A stretch of DNA of 64,000 nucleotides from Thainema sp. (GCA_052168235.1 JBQLZK010000042.1:1-64000), one strand, 5' to 3'; shown: positions 36,411-47,555, counted from the first letter of the stretch. Program-made: numbers and translations. The notes: generated by a model from the letters alone, not told the origin.

Positions 36411-36621
36411 GCTGGCTGACCGCCAGGTTCTGTCGATTAACCTTTCAAGTTTGTTATCTGTTTAGGAAAACCAGCTATAGTGGCTTGGAAGGTCTGTACA
36501 GCTGTGCCTTCATATGAGATTTGTCTAACTTCGAGCATTTTCTCGGTTTATAAGGGGAAACCCCTCTCGCTAGGATAGATAGAAGGTCTTGGCACCAACG
36601 TATCTTTACCTTTATGTTGTA

Positions 36622-37035
36622 ATGACTTTAGCTGTTCAATCTGGAGCTCCTGCTACAGTGTCATCTCAAGGTTCGGAACACTCCTATATCGACGATATTC
36701 TAGGCGTTGCCATTTTTGATGTGAATGGCTTACCGAGGGAGTATTTCACAACCCCTGAAAGTAACAGCATGAACTGGGTTCAAACCGTTTTTCAGTCTCT
36801 GGGATTGAAGTCGTTGTTGATGTCGTCCTTGCGGGTAGATGGTTTTCGCCAGGCGACAATTCGTACGACGCAACACTGCGCGGTGGTCGTCAAGCAGCGT
36901 GATCATTATATTGCGCTGTTAATGCCGCATAATGATACGAGTTTAAAGTTGATTCAGAATCGTCAGTTTTCAGCTTGGCTGGAGAAGTTTGAGGCCAAAG
37001 TACTGAGAAATCATGCACGATTTTGCGTTGTCTAG
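36622..37035 (+). CDS. Hypothetical protein, possibly Roadblock/profilin-like fold
   Basis: ILGVAIFDVNGLPREY strand pattern followed by a helix and a beta-meander. Confidence 0.6.
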   Translation: MTLAVQSGAPATVSSQGSEHSYIDDILGVAIFDVNGLPREYFTTPESNSMNWVQTVFQSLGLKSLLMSSLRVDGFRQATIRTTQHCAVVVKQRDHYIALLMPHNDTSLKLIQNRQFSAWLEKFEAKVLRNHARFCVV

Positions 37036-37044
37036 GATCAGTTA

Positions 37045-37908
37045 TTGATGTCAGATCTACAGCGTCAAAATTTGCGATCGCACAAGTCGCGCACTCAAGT
37101 TTTGGCAACTTATTTGCTGTTAGGTGCGATCGCACTTGTGATGTTATTACCACTGCTGTGGCTGATCAGCACCTCATTTAAGTCGCCCAGCGAAAATATT
37201 TTTCAGGTGCCGCCGCAGTTAATTCCATCTGAGCCGACGTTCAGGAATTACATTGAGGTGTGGCGCAGCAATCCTTTTGGTCGCTATTTCTGGAACAGCA
37301 CGATTATTGCAGTTCTGACCGTCGGGCTAAATTTACTCTTCTGTTCCTTAGCTGCTTATCCCTTAGCAAGGTTAACGTTTAGGGGGCGAGAGTTTCTATT
37401 TAGCCTGATTGTCTCGACGATTCTGATTCCGTTTCAGATCGTGATGATCCCGCTGTATGTGCTGACGGTGAATCTGGGTTTGAAAAATACCTACATCGGC
37501 GTTATTTTCCCTGCGATCGCATCGGCTTTTGGCATCTTTTTGTTACGGCAGGCGTTTCTGGGCGTACCGAAGGAACTGGAAGAGGCGGCTCGGATTGATG
37601 GCTGTTCGGAGTTGGGCATTTGGTGGCACGTGATGCTGCCAGCGGTACGTCCGGCGTTGGTGACACTGGCAATTTTTGTCTTTATCGGCTCGTGGAGCGA
37701 TTTTCTCTGGCCGCTAATTGTCTTGGATGACGTGAATTACTATACGCTGCCGCTAGGGATTGCTCAGCTTTCGGGCAGCAGCTTTTCGTTGGACTGGCGC
37801 TTAATTGCAGCGGGTTCAGTGATTTCGATTGCGCCTGTGATTCTATTTTTCGTAGCGCTTCAGCAGTTTATTGTGCCGACTGAGTCGGGTAGCGGTTTGA
37901 AGGGATAA
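37045..37908 (+). CDS. Carbohydrate ABC transporter permease (MalG-like)
   Basis: PKELEEAARIDG EAA loop, WSDFLWP. Confidence 0.92.
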   Translation: MMSDLQRQNLRSHKSRTQVLATYLLLGAIALVMLLPLLWLISTSFKSPSENIFQVPPQLIPSEPTFRNYIEVWRSNPFGRYFWNSTIIAVLTVGLNLLFCSLAAYPLARLTFRGREFLFSLIVSTILIPFQIVMIPLYVLTVNLGLKNTYIGVIFPAIASAFGIFLLRQAFLGVPKELEEAARIDGCSELGIWWHVMLPAVRPALVTLAIFVFIGSWSDFLWPLIVLDDVNYYTLPLGIAQLSGSSFSLDWRLIAAGSVISIAPVILFFVALQQFIVPTESGSGLKG

Positions 37909-37929
37909 GGAAGGTCTGAAATATAGAGC

Positions 37930-37970
37930 AATAAAAAGCCACCGTTGGATATCAACGGTGGCTTTTTATT
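37930..37970. terminator. Bidirectional terminator
   Basis: AATAAAAAGCCACCGTTG-gatat-CAACGGTGGCTTTTTATT. Confidence 0.8.
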
Positions 37971-38001
37971 GATAGAAATTCGTTTTGAAAATCAAACCAT
38001 T

Positions 38002-38055
38002 GTAGGGGCGAATGGCCATATAGCCCTTTGGGCATGGCTACGCTAACGCCCCTAC
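38002..38055. repeat. REP-like element, 54 bp
   Basis: GTAGGGGCG...CGCCCCTAC; its reverse complement matches 42275-42328 with 2 mismatches. Confidence 0.8.
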
Positions 38056-38081
38056 GGGATATGTCCTTTTAGACAGCGGTT

Positions 38082-39158
38082 TTACAGAACAGTATTGCGG
38101 GTCTTGGTGACATCGATGGGCTTCATCAGATAGAGGCTCAGCATGTGCCCCCCGATGGCCAGGATGTGAGGCAGCTTACGCAGGAGCTTGATCGGTGCAG
38201 GTTGATTGGACTTGCCGATCTCGCTCAGGGCTGCATTGTGCTCGGTGGACTTGTCGAGCCGCTTGAAGAAGTCGGGATGATCCACATTGAGGATGACGGG
38301 GAAGACGCGAGCAGACGTCTCATTGGTCTTCTGAATGACGAGAATGTCGTAGTCCCGTGCGTCCAAACCGATAGAAGCATAGAAATCTTTGCGCTGAATG
38401 TCGTTCAGGTACATCGTGGCAAAGACCGACAGCAGGAAGAAGCGGCACCACAGCTTTGCTTTCCAGTCGTTGAGGATGCTGGGCTGGGACTTCATCAGAG
38501 CAGAGAAGAAGTCGCCGTGACGGTTCTCATCCTGGCACCAGTTCTCGAAGAAGCGGAAGATGGGGTAAATCCGGTTTTCTGGATGGGACTCCAGATGGCG
38601 ATAAATGGTGATGTAGCGCCAGTAGCCAATCTTTTCAGATAGATAGGTCGCGTAAAAAATGAACTTGGGCTTGAAGAAGGTGTACTTCTTGCTCTTAGTC
38701 AAGAAGCCCAGATCAAGCTGTAGGTTGAAGTCGGACATCGCCTTGTTGAGGAAGCCAGCGTGACGCGCTTCGTCTCGCGACATCAGCAAAAAGCACTCTG
38801 CCAGGGTAGGATTCTTATCCTTAAGGCGACGGCCCAGTTCCTTATAGAGCAAGAAACCAGAGAATTCTGCTGTGCAAGAACGCTCTAGAAATTCAACGAA
38901 CAGACGACGGGTTTCTCCATCGATGTGATCCCAAGATTGAGCAAACTCGTCATTGCGTACGAAGTGATGGCGATTGTAGTCAGCTCGAAACTCCTCCAGA
39001 ATGGCTTGCAGTTCGTCTTCATTGACGGAAAGATCCATCTGAGCCATTTCTTCAAAGTCAGTGGTGTAGAAACGAGGCGTCAGAATGGTGTCCTGAGCCG
39101 GAGCTTTAACACCAGGCCGGATCTCATTAAATTCAGGTTTCTTGAGGGAATCTACCAT
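38082..39158 (-). CDS. acsF: Mg-protoporphyrin IX monomethyl ester oxidative cyclase
   Basis: [36 protein letters not shown] diiron motifs. Confidence 0.97.
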   Translation of the reverse strand: MVDSLKKPEFNEIRPGVKAPAQDTILTPRFYTTDFEEMAQMDLSVNEDELQAILEEFRADYNRHHFVRNDEFAQSWDHIDGETRRLFVEFLERSCTAEFSGFLLYKELGRRLKDKNPTLAECFLLMSRDEARHAGFLNKAMSDFNLQLDLGFLTKSKKYTFFKPKFIFYATYLSEKIGYWRYITIYRHLESHPENRIYPIFRFFENWCQDENRHGDFFSALMKSQPSILNDWKAKLWCRFFLLSVFATMYLNDIQRKDFYASIGLDARDYDILVIQKTNETSARVFPVILNVDHPDFFKRLDKSTEHNAALSEIGKSNQPAPIKLLRKLPHILAIGGHMLSLYLMKPIDVTKTRNTVL

Positions 39159-39307
39159 GAGTCGTTTTACGCGCTTTTAATCTGTGCCGATGGATAAATA
39201 GACGAATTGGCATTTATTGCCATGAACCTCAGTCTATCAAGCTCTTGGAGTGGAATGAAGCTCTAGACCTTAAGAGTTGCTACACAGTATTAACGATTGT
39301 GAAGATT

Positions 39308-40171
39308 TTAATTTGGGGGAAGTTCAAGCGCGATCGCACCTAAAGTGCCTTTCCGAAAATCATTCAGCAGTTGACGAGCGACTCGCTCCACATCGCCTTG
39401 ATACTTCTGTTCTGCTAATTCCGCTAAATAGGACTCCCCTGTGAGATCAGTTGAGTCGAGTTCATAGCGAGATCGCAACACATCGGGCGGCATCCATTCG
39501 GCTCTTGCCTGTAACGCTTTAATTTGTTCAATCAGCGCTGCGGCAACTCGTTGGTTATCGTAAGCGGCTTCACCGATGTCATCACAGAGCGCTAGTTTGA
39601 CGGCGGCTTCCTGATCTTCCAACTGAGACGGTAGTACTCCCGGCGCGTCCAGTAATTCCAGCTCATCGGAAATGCGAATCCAGCGGAGTTGTCGTGTGAC
39701 GCCTGCTCGACGGGCGCTATCGGCGACACGCTTCCCGACGAGACGATTAATTAAAGCCGACTTGCCAACGTTGGGAAAACCGATGACCACAGCTCGAACC
39801 GCACGGGGACGCATACCGCGATCGAGACGGCGCTGGTTCATCGATTCCCCTGCGGTTTGGGCCGCTTTCGCCACAGATCTTGTGCCCTTACCCTGTTTGG
39901 CATTGGCGAAGTATGGCATTTCTCCCTGCTCGCGAAACCAGGTTGTCCAAGCGTCGCGCACGTCACCGGGAATCATATCGACGCGGTTGAGTACCAGGAC
40001 TCGTTCTTTTCCCTCAGTCCATCGCACCACATCTGGGTGATGAGTCGCTAGGGGAATGCGGGCATCACGAACTTCAAGTACAACGTCCACCCGTTTCAGC
40101 TGATCCATCAGTGCTTTTTCGGCCTTGGCAATGTGGCCTGGATACCACTGAATTGGAGGAGTTTGCATCAT
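39308..40171 (-). CDS. ylqF: Ribosome biogenesis GTPase RbgA/YlqF
   Basis: IQWYPGH, DARIP, GFPNVGKS, LLDAPG. Confidence 0.95.
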   Translation of the reverse strand: MMQTPPIQWYPGHIAKAEKALMDQLKRVDVVLEVRDARIPLATHHPDVVRWTEGKERVLVLNRVDMIPGDVRDAWTTWFREQGEMPYFANAKQGKGTRSVAKAAQTAGESMNQRRLDRGMRPRAVRAVVIGFPNVGKSALINRLVGKRVADSARRAGVTRQLRWIRISDELELLDAPGVLPSQLEDQEAAVKLALCDDIGEAAYDNQRVAAALIEQIKALQARAEWMPPDVLRSRYELDSTDLTGESYLAELAEQKYQGDVERVARQLLNDFRKGTLGAIALELPPN

Positions 40172-40183
40172 GGATTTTAAATA

Positions 40184-40582
40184 CTAGGGAACAATCAGAA
40201 CGGGACAAGGCGATAGGTTAATCACTCGATTGCTAACGCTTTCCGAAGCACCATCTTCAATCAGTCCCATGCCGCGCGATCCCATGATGATGAGATCTGC
40301 ATTTAATTCATCCGCTACATCACAGATCACAAAAGCCGGTAGCCCTTGGCGCTCTTGACCTTCAGCCGATAAACCAGCTTTGGCAAAGAAGGCTTTAACC
40401 TCTTCGAGTAAACGCGCCATTGCTTCTGGTGAATGGGCTGGATCACGCTCAGCGGCGTTTTCTTCGACTACGGTCAGCACGTGCAGCTGACTATTATGGA
40501 TCTTGGCCATCTCAGCGACAAGCTCAGCGGCCTCCCGTGACTCACGAGTTGCATTAACTGGGAACAAGATCTTGTCAAACAT
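40184..40582 (-). CDS. Universal stress protein
   Basis: ADLIIMGSRG...SVSNRVINLSPCPVLIV. Confidence 0.92.
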   Translation of the reverse strand: MFDKILFPVNATRESREAAELVAEMAKIHNSQLHVLTVVEENAAERDPAHSPEAMARLLEEVKAFFAKAGLSAEGQERQGLPAFVICDVADELNADLIIMGSRGMGLIEDGASESVSNRVINLSPCPVLIVP

Positions 40583-41036
40583 TGTGTATTCCCCCGTCCT
40601 AAACCTGCTGATTTCTAGAGCAGATAACTATGGAGTACCATGCCTGACGGCCACTAGGACACAGTTATCAATTAATCTTTTCACAGGTTGTCTGGCATTC
40701 TCCAGAATTTCAAGCAATTCATCGCCCGTGAACTGAGGCGATCCCCATTTCCGGTAGAATGCGAGTGGCTTGGCAAGGCATGAGTGTTTCAATCATAGCC
40801 TTACACAAAGATGATTATGGATATGCCCAATAGTGGCCGTAGTCAGGTTGCTTGAATGTGTTGAAATGGCAAATTCAGGCCCATGACTGTTCTGCGGCTG
40901 CTTGTGATGCCGTTTGCGCTGAAGCAGCTGACTCGCTGATGTTTTGGGGGTTAGTCGTGCATCTGCGATCGCATTATGAGATGATTGGGATATTTAATAA
41001 GTATTTTTGCTTAGACGCAACCAGGAGGATTTATTC

Positions 41037-42242
41037 GTGGCTAAGAAAACTGTGGCAAACCTGTCGGCAGCCGATGTATCCGGCAAGCGTGTACTTATTC
41101 GGGCTGATTTCAATGTTCCTTTAAATGACCAGGGCGAAATCACCGACGATACTCGGATTCGGGCTGCACTGCCGACGATTCAGGATCTGACATCCAAAGG
41201 GGCAAAGGTTATCCTGTCTAGCCACATGGGGCGTCCCAAGGGTGAAGTGAAAGACAGCATGCGATTGACCCCAGTCGCTAAGCGTCTGTCTGAACTACTC
41301 GGTCAGGACGTGATCAAGTGCGACGACTGCATTGGTGATGAAGTGTCGTCCACCATCAACGGCATGTCTGATGGTCAAGTTGCGCTGCTGGAAAACGTTC
41401 GCTTCTACGCAGGTGAAGAAAAGAACGATCCGGAATTTGCCAAGCAGCTTGCCGCTAATGCTGACTTGTATGTAAATGACGCATTCGGCACCGCTCACCG
41501 CGCTCACGCCTCCACCGAGGGTGTGACCCACTATCTCAGCCCCTCTGTTGCTGGCTACCTGATCGAGAAGGAGCTACAGTTCCTCAAGGGCGCAATTGAA
41601 TCTCCTAAGCAGCCACTGGCCGCTATCATCGGTGGTTCCAAAGTGTCCAGCAAGATCGGCGTGATTGATACGCTGCTCGACAAGGTAGACAAGCTGCTGA
41701 TCGGCGGCGGTATGATCTTCACCTTCTACAAGGCGCGTGGCCTGAGCGTCGGTAAGTCTCTGGTTGAAGAAGACAAGCTGGAACTGGCCAAGTCTCTGGA
41801 AGCCAAGGCAAAAGAGAAAGGCGTTGAGCTGCTGCTGCCCACTGACGTTGTGGTTGCTGACAACTTCGCCGCTGATGCCAATGCTCAAACGGTCAGCGTA
41901 GACGCTATTCCCGATGGCTGGATGGGTCTGGATATCGGCCCCGACTCGATCAAAGTGTTCCAAGATGCGCTGGCTGACTGCAAGACCGTGATCTGGAACG
42001 GCCCCATGGGTGTGTTCGAGTTCGACAAGTTTGCTAAGGGTACAGAAGCGATCGCAGGTACGCTAGCTGACCTGACCAAGAAAGATGCCATCACCATCAT
42101 CGGTGGTGGCGACTCAGTTGCGGCAGTCGAGAAAGTCGGCGTTGCTGAGCAAATGAGCCACATTTCCACGGGTGGCGGTGCTAGCCTCGAACTGCTTGAA
42201 GGCAAGGAACTGCCGGGTATCGCAGCATTAGACGAAGCGTAA
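41037..42242 (+). CDS. pgk: Phosphoglycerate kinase
   Basis: [36 protein letters not shown] start after AGGAGG. Confidence 0.98.
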   Translation: MAKKTVANLSAADVSGKRVLIRADFNVPLNDQGEITDDTRIRAALPTIQDLTSKGAKVILSSHMGRPKGEVKDSMRLTPVAKRLSELLGQDVIKCDDCIGDEVSSTINGMSDGQVALLENVRFYAGEEKNDPEFAKQLAANADLYVNDAFGTAHRAHASTEGVTHYLSPSVAGYLIEKELQFLKGAIESPKQPLAAIIGGSKVSSKIGVIDTLLDKVDKLLIGGGMIFTFYKARGLSVGKSLVEEDKLELAKSLEAKAKEKGVELLLPTDVVVADNFAADANAQTVSVDAIPDGWMGLDIGPDSIKVFQDALADCKTVIWNGPMGVFEFDKFAKGTEAIAGTLADLTKKDAITIIGGGDSVAAVEKVGVAEQMSHISTGGGASLELLEGKELPGIAALDEA

Positions 42243-42274
42243 GATCAGTTTGATGAAGATCTGAAAACCATCTT

Positions 42275-42423
42275 GTAGGGGCGTTAGCGTAGCCATGCCC
42301 GAAGGGCTATATGGCCATTCTCCCCTACGAAACGTCATCGGTTTTAGCTCTACCTGTAAGGGCGGGTTTTGTTGATCCATTTCGATTGAGAACCGACAAC
42401 TTGTCGGCTAAACCCGCCCCTAC
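42275..42423. repeat. Two REP-like elements (42275-42328 and 42356-42423)
   Basis: GTAGGGGCG...TCCCCTAC and GTAAGGGCGGGTTT...AAACCCGCCCCTAC. Confidence 0.75.
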
Positions 42424-42455
42424 AATTGGTCTGTATATCTGCACCGTGAAACAAC

Positions 42456-42490
42456 AAAAAGAGAGGTTCTGGTTCAGAACCTCTCTTTTT
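42456..42490. terminator. Bidirectional terminator
   Basis: AAAAAGAGAGGTTCTG-gtt-CAGAACCTCTCTTTTT. Confidence 0.8.
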
Positions 42491-42513
42491 GGGTTTTAGA
42501 TTGAAACTGGAGC

Positions 42514-42825
42514 TTAAACGGCTTCTGCTTCTTCCTTGGGTAGTTCTTGTTGGAGAGTTAAATAGCGCAGTACATCGCCGCTGTAGCGCATCGCCTTTTG
42601 CATAACTGCAATCGCATCTCCGGGAGCTTCATAATTCATTTGAATATAGATACCTTCCCGCTGGCGATCAATTTCGTAGGCCAAGCGGCGCTTACCGCGG
42701 TGCTGAGTATCAAGAATATTGGCACCTTGCTCTTTCAAGATATCCTGAAACTTAACAATTGCCTGATCAACTTGCTCTTCTCCGAGATCAGATCGGAGGA
42801 TATACATTGTTTCGTACTGGTTCAT
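42514..42825 (-). CDS. rpsF: 30S ribosomal protein S6
   Basis: [25 protein letters not shown]. Confidence 0.96.
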   Translation of the reverse strand: MNQYETMYILRSDLGEEQVDQAIVKFQDILKEQGANILDTQHRGKRRLAYEIDRQREGIYIQMNYEAPGDAIAVMQKAMRYSGDVLRYLTLQQELPKEEAEAV

Positions 42826-42985
42826 GGAAAACAAACTCTCCTTATGGACACGAATGTGGCCTCTTCCAGTGCTAGCTTTAAAATCTAGGATTTTTTGAGG
42901 GTAATCAGCAAACCTAAAAATTTTGTGAGCAGCTTCTAAAAAAGAGGCAAGGACTTACAATCATAACAATAAATTGGCAGGTGTT

Positions 42986-43819
42986 ATGGCTCAACGTTAT
43001 GTCCGGGTACAAACCAAGGAGCAGGAAAAGCTGCATTACGGATTGCTCCAGCCTGATCGACAGGTTAAAACGCTGGACGCTCCCCCCTGGCTTGGTGGTC
43101 AACCAACCAGCTTGGTCTTAGAACCAGACACCTACATTATGCTGGCTCCCTGCGCTCCGTCTAAAATTGTCGCGGTCGGCAAAAACTACGTGAAGCATGC
43201 CGCCGAAATGGGCGGGGAAGTGCCCCAAGAGCCACTCTTATTCTTAAAGCCCTCTACCACCGTAATCGCGTCCGGCAGCCCGATTTTGCGCCCTCCCCAG
43301 TCGCAGCGGGTGGATTACGAGGGTGAATTGGCCTTAGTCATTGGTGAGCGCTGCGTTGATTGCTCAATTGAAGAAGCTTATTCCTACATTTGGGGTTATA
43401 CCATTGCCAATGACGTGACGGCTCGCGACTTTCAGCGGCGGGATAATCAATGGACGAGGGCAAAGGGCTTCGATACGTTTTGTCCGCTAGGCCCTTGGAT
43501 TGTGCGGGAAGTCAGCCCTGGGGCGCGACTACAAACGTTTTTGAATGACCAAGAAGAACCCGTGCAATCAGTTGGGATAGACGAAATGGTGTTCTCGCCA
43601 GCGTTTTTGGTTTCATACATTAGCCAAATCATGACGCTGTTTCCCGGTGATGTCATCCTAACGGGTACACCTGAAGGTGTTGGATCGATTGAAGATGGCG
43701 ATTATGTCAGCATTGAGATTGAAGGCATCGGTCGCTTAGAAAATCCGGTGCAAACGCGCAAGCCCGTAACAAATTCAGTCGATTTGGCAGATACGGAGAC
43801 AGCTCCAGATGCTCCGTAG
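42986..43819 (+). CDS. Fumarylacetoacetate hydrolase family protein
   Basis: KIVAVGKNY, DYEGEL, NDVTARD, KGFDTFCPLGP, GDVILTGTP. Confidence 0.93.
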   Translation: MAQRYVRVQTKEQEKLHYGLLQPDRQVKTLDAPPWLGGQPTSLVLEPDTYIMLAPCAPSKIVAVGKNYVKHAAEMGGEVPQEPLLFLKPSTTVIASGSPILRPPQSQRVDYEGELALVIGERCVDCSIEEAYSYIWGYTIANDVTARDFQRRDNQWTRAKGFDTFCPLGPWIVREVSPGARLQTFLNDQEEPVQSVGIDEMVFSPAFLVSYISQIMTLFPGDVILTGTPEGVGSIEDGDYVSIEIEGIGRLENPVQTRKPVTNSVDLADTETAPDAP

Positions 43820-43906
43820 TTTGTAATAAAAAATCCCCCAAAGTGCATGGATCATACACTTTGGGGATTTAGCTATTAATTGGGAATGTGACGATACGAC
43901 AATGCG

Positions 43907-44398
43907 TCAATGGCGCGTCTGCACATAGGCTGCTTCCGAAACAACAGGAATTTCGGCGTATAAGCCCCGAATGGTTTGCACGATCGAATAAATAACTGCG
44001 ATCGCAGCTCCCAGGAAAAGGGTATTGAACACGACTTCCGTAATCAGGGCAGGGATAGCTTTAGCTGGCAACAGCGACCACAGTAAACCGACGATCGAGA
44101 GAGCAATACCGATTAGGAGGGCCTGCATCGTGTTGAAACGGATAAAGTGAAGAATGCGATTGTTTCGCACCACGAGTAAAAAAAGCGCAAAGAAAATGAC
44201 TAATCCGCCAAACGGAATTGCTTGGCTAATCGCCCCATAAATGCTGAAAAATGGCAGCAGAGGAAGCAAAATAAATCGAGCGGCTGGAAACATATTAAAG
44301 AAGGGGTCGCTGTATGCAAGTGCCTCCATTAGCGGCAGTAGATATACGAGACAAGACCAAAACCGATCGAGTGCATTATTACGCCCACGCCAAACCAT
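43907..44398 (-). CDS. Tic20/Ycf60 family protein
   Basis: DRFWSCLVYLLPL, VVRN..I.HFIRFNTMQA, YAEIPVVSEAA. Confidence 0.9.
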   Translation of the reverse strand: MVWRGRNNALDRFWSCLVYLLPLMEALAYSDPFFNMFPAARFILLPLLPFFSIYGAISQAIPFGGLVIFFALFLLVVRNNRILHFIRFNTMQALLIGIALSIVGLLWSLLPAKAIPALITEVVFNTLFLGAAIAVIYSIVQTIRGLYAEIPVVSEAAYVQTRH

Positions 44399-44486
44399 AA
44401 GTAATGAGTTCCTCTACGTGTCTCTAAACTACGTATGCCTAAATGAACTATTCCTGAATCAACGCAAGCAAAACCTGCGATCGCAG

Positions 44487-44966
44487 TTATCGAGGGAGTT
44501 GGGCATTGACAGCATCTGAAATCGCTGGAATTTCAGCATACTGGCCCCGAATAGCCTGGACAACCGATGCAATGATACAGGCCGTTAGTCCCAAGAAGAC
44601 GGTGTTGAATAAGGTTTCCATCAACAAACCTTGACCAACCGCCGGAATCAAAATGCCTAGAATCAGACGGCAAACAATCAGGATAATGTCCAGCAGAATC
44701 GCCTGTAGCACATTGAAGCGGATAAAGTGGCTGACGCTGTCATTGCGGACAACCAGCAAGAATAGAGCAAAGAAAATGGCAATGCCCGCAAATGGAATGG
44801 TGTTGTAAAGCACTAGGACAGGCGAGATTGGAAGCAACAGATTTTGGAGGATTGGAAACTGCTTAAACAGGGGAATACCAAACACAATGCCGTCGGCTAG
44901 CGGCAGCAGGTAAGCCATGCAGCTAAAAATGCGATCGGGAACTGGCGTAGACTCATTCCAAGACAT
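44487..44966 (-). CDS. Tic20/Ycf60 family protein
   Basis: DRIFSCMAYLLPL, VVRN..VSHFIRFNVLQA, YAEIPAISDAV. Confidence 0.9.
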   Translation of the reverse strand: MSWNESTPVPDRIFSCMAYLLPLADGIVFGIPLFKQFPILQNLLLPISPVLVLYNTIPFAGIAIFFALFLLVVRNDSVSHFIRFNVLQAILLDIILIVCRLILGILIPAVGQGLLMETLFNTVFLGLTACIIASVVQAIRGQYAEIPAISDAVNAQLPR

Positions 44967-44979
44967 CAGGGAGGCTCCT

Positions 44980-45012
44980 TAAATCGGTTCTAAATCGGTT
45001 CTAAATCGGTTC
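44980..45012. repeat. 11-bp tandem repeat, three copies
   Basis: (TAAATCGGTTC)3. Confidence 0.8.
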
Positions 45013-45017
45013 TCTAA

Positions 45018-45120
45018 ATGCGAAATCCGGTTAAAACCCGATAATTTATTTTTTGTGAAAGCTTGGCCTGGCCAAGCTTTCACAAAAAATAAATTGGGTT
45101 CTCATACACAGACTTGACAT
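45018..45120 (+). repeat. Family A repeat (copy 3)
   Basis: ATCCGGTTAAAACCCG...TGTGAAAGCTTGGCCTGGCCAAGCTTTCACA...GACTTGACAT. Confidence 0.8.
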
Positions 45121-45281
45121 TAATTGCCCAGGAGTTACAGCACATTAAATGCAACCCTACGTTACAGAATAACGCAGCTGATCCCTGGATTTCTTTGCAG
45201 GTCTTTCAGAATTCGGCTGAGGTAGTGGAAGTAAACAACCGAGAAAATCCGGCAAGATCCTCTAGTATCATTATCTTCAGT

Positions 45282-47555
45282 CTACTGAACCACACGATTC
45301 ATGTAGTCGCCCCAAACGGTTGCGGCCTGGGCGCTACTGCCATCTGTCGGCGCATTGTCATCATTGCCCAGCCACACGCCCGTCACCAGATCACGACCGG
45401 GCACAAAGCCAACAAACCAGAGATCGCGGTTGTCGTTGGTGGTTCCGGTTTTGCCGCCTTCACCTAATCCCAAAGCGGCACTGCGTCCGGTGCCATACTG
45501 CACAACGCCCTGCATCAGGCCGATCAGCGTATCGGCCACTTCTGCTGACAGCACGGGTACATCGGCCTCACTGTCTAGCTCCTGGTCATAAATCACGCGG
45601 CAGGTGGTGTAATCTTCTGGGTTTACACAGTCGGAACCGTCAAGAATGCGGCTAATTGTATGAGGACGATTGCGCAGACCTTCATTTGAGATCGCACCAA
45701 ACGCTCCGGTCAATTCCAGTAACGTCACCTCGCTCTGACCTAAAATCAGCCCTGGAACCGCCTGCAAATCCGACTCAATGCCCAGTCGCCGCGCCGTTTG
45801 AATCACGCTGTTTAGGCCAGTCTCCTGAGCAATGCGGAGAGCGACAACGTTTTCAGACTGAGCTAACCCCGCATACATATCAATGCTGCCCCCGCCCGTC
45901 CGACAGCCCTCAAACTGCTGCCCTTGCCACACCAGAGGTGAACAGGAAAACGTTGCTCCCGGCGAAATTCCCTGCTCCAGTGCAGCTCCATAGGCAAAAA
46001 TCTTGAAAGTTGATCCGGGCTGCCGCAGCGCTTGAGTCGCGCGATTAAACTGGCTCTGGTTGTAGTCTGTGCCGCCCGTCATGGCTAGGACGCTGCCATC
46101 CGTGAAATCCAGCGTCACCACGGCTCCTTCACTAAAGCCGTAGCTGCGGCCATCGGTTTGCACGGCTTCTTCCAGTGCTGCTTCGGCCTGGGCCTGCATG
46201 TTAAGGTCTAGTTCGGTTTCGACAATGAAATTGCCTTCCTGGGCTACTTGCGTCCCCAGCAAATCTTCGATTTCAGCGAAGACTTGATCATAGAAATAGG
46301 GTGCGATCGTACTTTCCAAGTCTTCCCGTGCCCTGGGCGAAATCTCAATCCGCGATCGCCGTGCCCGCTGCGCCTCTTCTTGGCTGATCATGCCGAGTTT
46401 CAACATGTTATTGATCACCCGATTGCGTAGATCAATCGCGGTCTGATAGTCACGCACCGGATTAAACGCATTCGGCGCAGGCAAAATTCCTGCCAGCGTC
46501 GCCGCCTCTGAAATCGTTAAGTCTCTGGCGGACTTACCAAAGTAAAACTGGGCAGCATCCTCAAACCCGTAGTTGCCGCTGCCCAGGTAGACCCTATTGA
46601 GGTAGGTCAGCATCAGCGAGTCTTTGCTGTAAAACGTTTCCATTTTCAGCGCCACGATCGCCTCCCGCAGTTTACGCCCCGCCGTATCCTGGGTGCCAAC
46701 GTAATCCCGGAAAATATTGCGGGCTAGCTGCTGGGTGACAGTACTCCCCCCCTCGCGAATCTCACCATCCCGAATATTGGTGACCAACGCGCGGACGATA
46801 CCGATCGGATCAACGCCCTGATGCCAGTAGAAACGTGCATCTTCCGACGCAATCACGGCTTGGGGCAAATAGGGAGAATAGTCTGACAGTCGGGGAAATT
46901 CAACGTGAACTTGGGTGTTGGGTTCCCGCAGCGGCGTTTCACCATCCCGCGCGTAGACAATTACTGGGCCTTGCACCGAGTTGGGAATGGGGCGAGTGGA
47001 AAATTTCGTCCATTCCACGCCGATCAGCAGCACGGCTAGTCCGGTCAGACCTGAAATCCCGTATAAACCATAGCGCAGAGTTTTGAGATACCACGGCGGC
47101 GGATCGAGATATTGAACCCGTACCGATTCGGCCAGTTCCGGTGGGCCAAGGGTAAAGCTAGTTTGATGACGCAGCGGCACCTCGGCCACGCGCTGTTTGC
47201 CGCGATAAATGCCGTTAGTCGAGTTCTCATCGTGCAGCACATAGCGATGCCGCCCCTGTCCCTCGCGTCTTACCGAGAGATGAACCTGGCTGACAATCGG
47301 GTTACGCACCACAATGTCACAGGAGCGCGAACTTCGACCCAGGACATAATAATCCCCCAGGAGCGGATACTCTTCGCTTTTCTGGTTGCGGTCATCCTGA
47401 ATCAGCAGCTTAGCCACCTGAGAATCCGGTCTCAGCGCCAGCTTGGAGAAATCAACCTTGGCCTGAACCGTCTGAAATGCCTGAGTGAGCGCACCCAAGA
47501 CCGTTGATTTGGGCGGTGTCTGCTTGGGGGGTTGGGGAGGTTGGGGAGAGGACAT
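45282..47555 (-). CDS. Class A penicillin-binding protein (PBP1A) with an N-terminal FHA domain
   Basis: LGR..SQVH..STNG FHA motifs; SEDARF and GSTVTQQL transglycosylase; PGSTFK, SEN and KTGT transpeptidase. Confidence 0.93.
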   Translation of the reverse strand: MSSPQPPQPPKQTPPKSTVLGALTQAFQTVQAKVDFSKLALRPDSQVAKLLIQDDRNQKSEEYPLLGDYYVLGRSSRSCDIVVRNPIVSQVHLSVRREGQGRHRYVLHDENSTNGIYRGKQRVAEVPLRHQTSFTLGPPELAESVRVQYLDPPPWYLKTLRYGLYGISGLTGLAVLLIGVEWTKFSTRPIPNSVQGPVIVYARDGETPLREPNTQVHVEFPRLSDYSPYLPQAVIASEDARFYWHQGVDPIGIVRALVTNIRDGEIREGGSTVTQQLARNIFRDYVGTQDTAGRKLREAIVALKMETFYSKDSLMLTYLNRVYLGSGNYGFEDAAQFYFGKSARDLTISEAATLAGILPAPNAFNPVRDYQTAIDLRNRVINNMLKLGMISQEEAQRARRSRIEISPRAREDLESTIAPYFYDQVFAEIEDLLGTQVAQEGNFIVETELDLNMQAQAEAALEEAVQTDGRSYGFSEGAVVTLDFTDGSVLAMTGGTDYNQSQFNRATQALRQPGSTFKIFAYGAALEQGISPGATFSCSPLVWQGQQFEGCRTGGGSIDMYAGLAQSENVVALRIAQETGLNSVIQTARRLGIESDLQAVPGLILGQSEVTLLELTGAFGAISNEGLRNRPHTISRILDGSDCVNPEDYTTCRVIYDQELDSEADVPVLSAEVADTLIGLMQGVVQYGTGRSAALGLGEGGKTGTTNDNRDLWFVGFVPGRDLVTGVWLGNDDNAPTDGSSAQAATVWGDYMNRVVQ

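Noticed and set aside
40852..41124. 90-aa ORF and the TTG-extended pgk start
   Set aside because: It overlaps the pgk leader; the RBS supports GTG at 41037.
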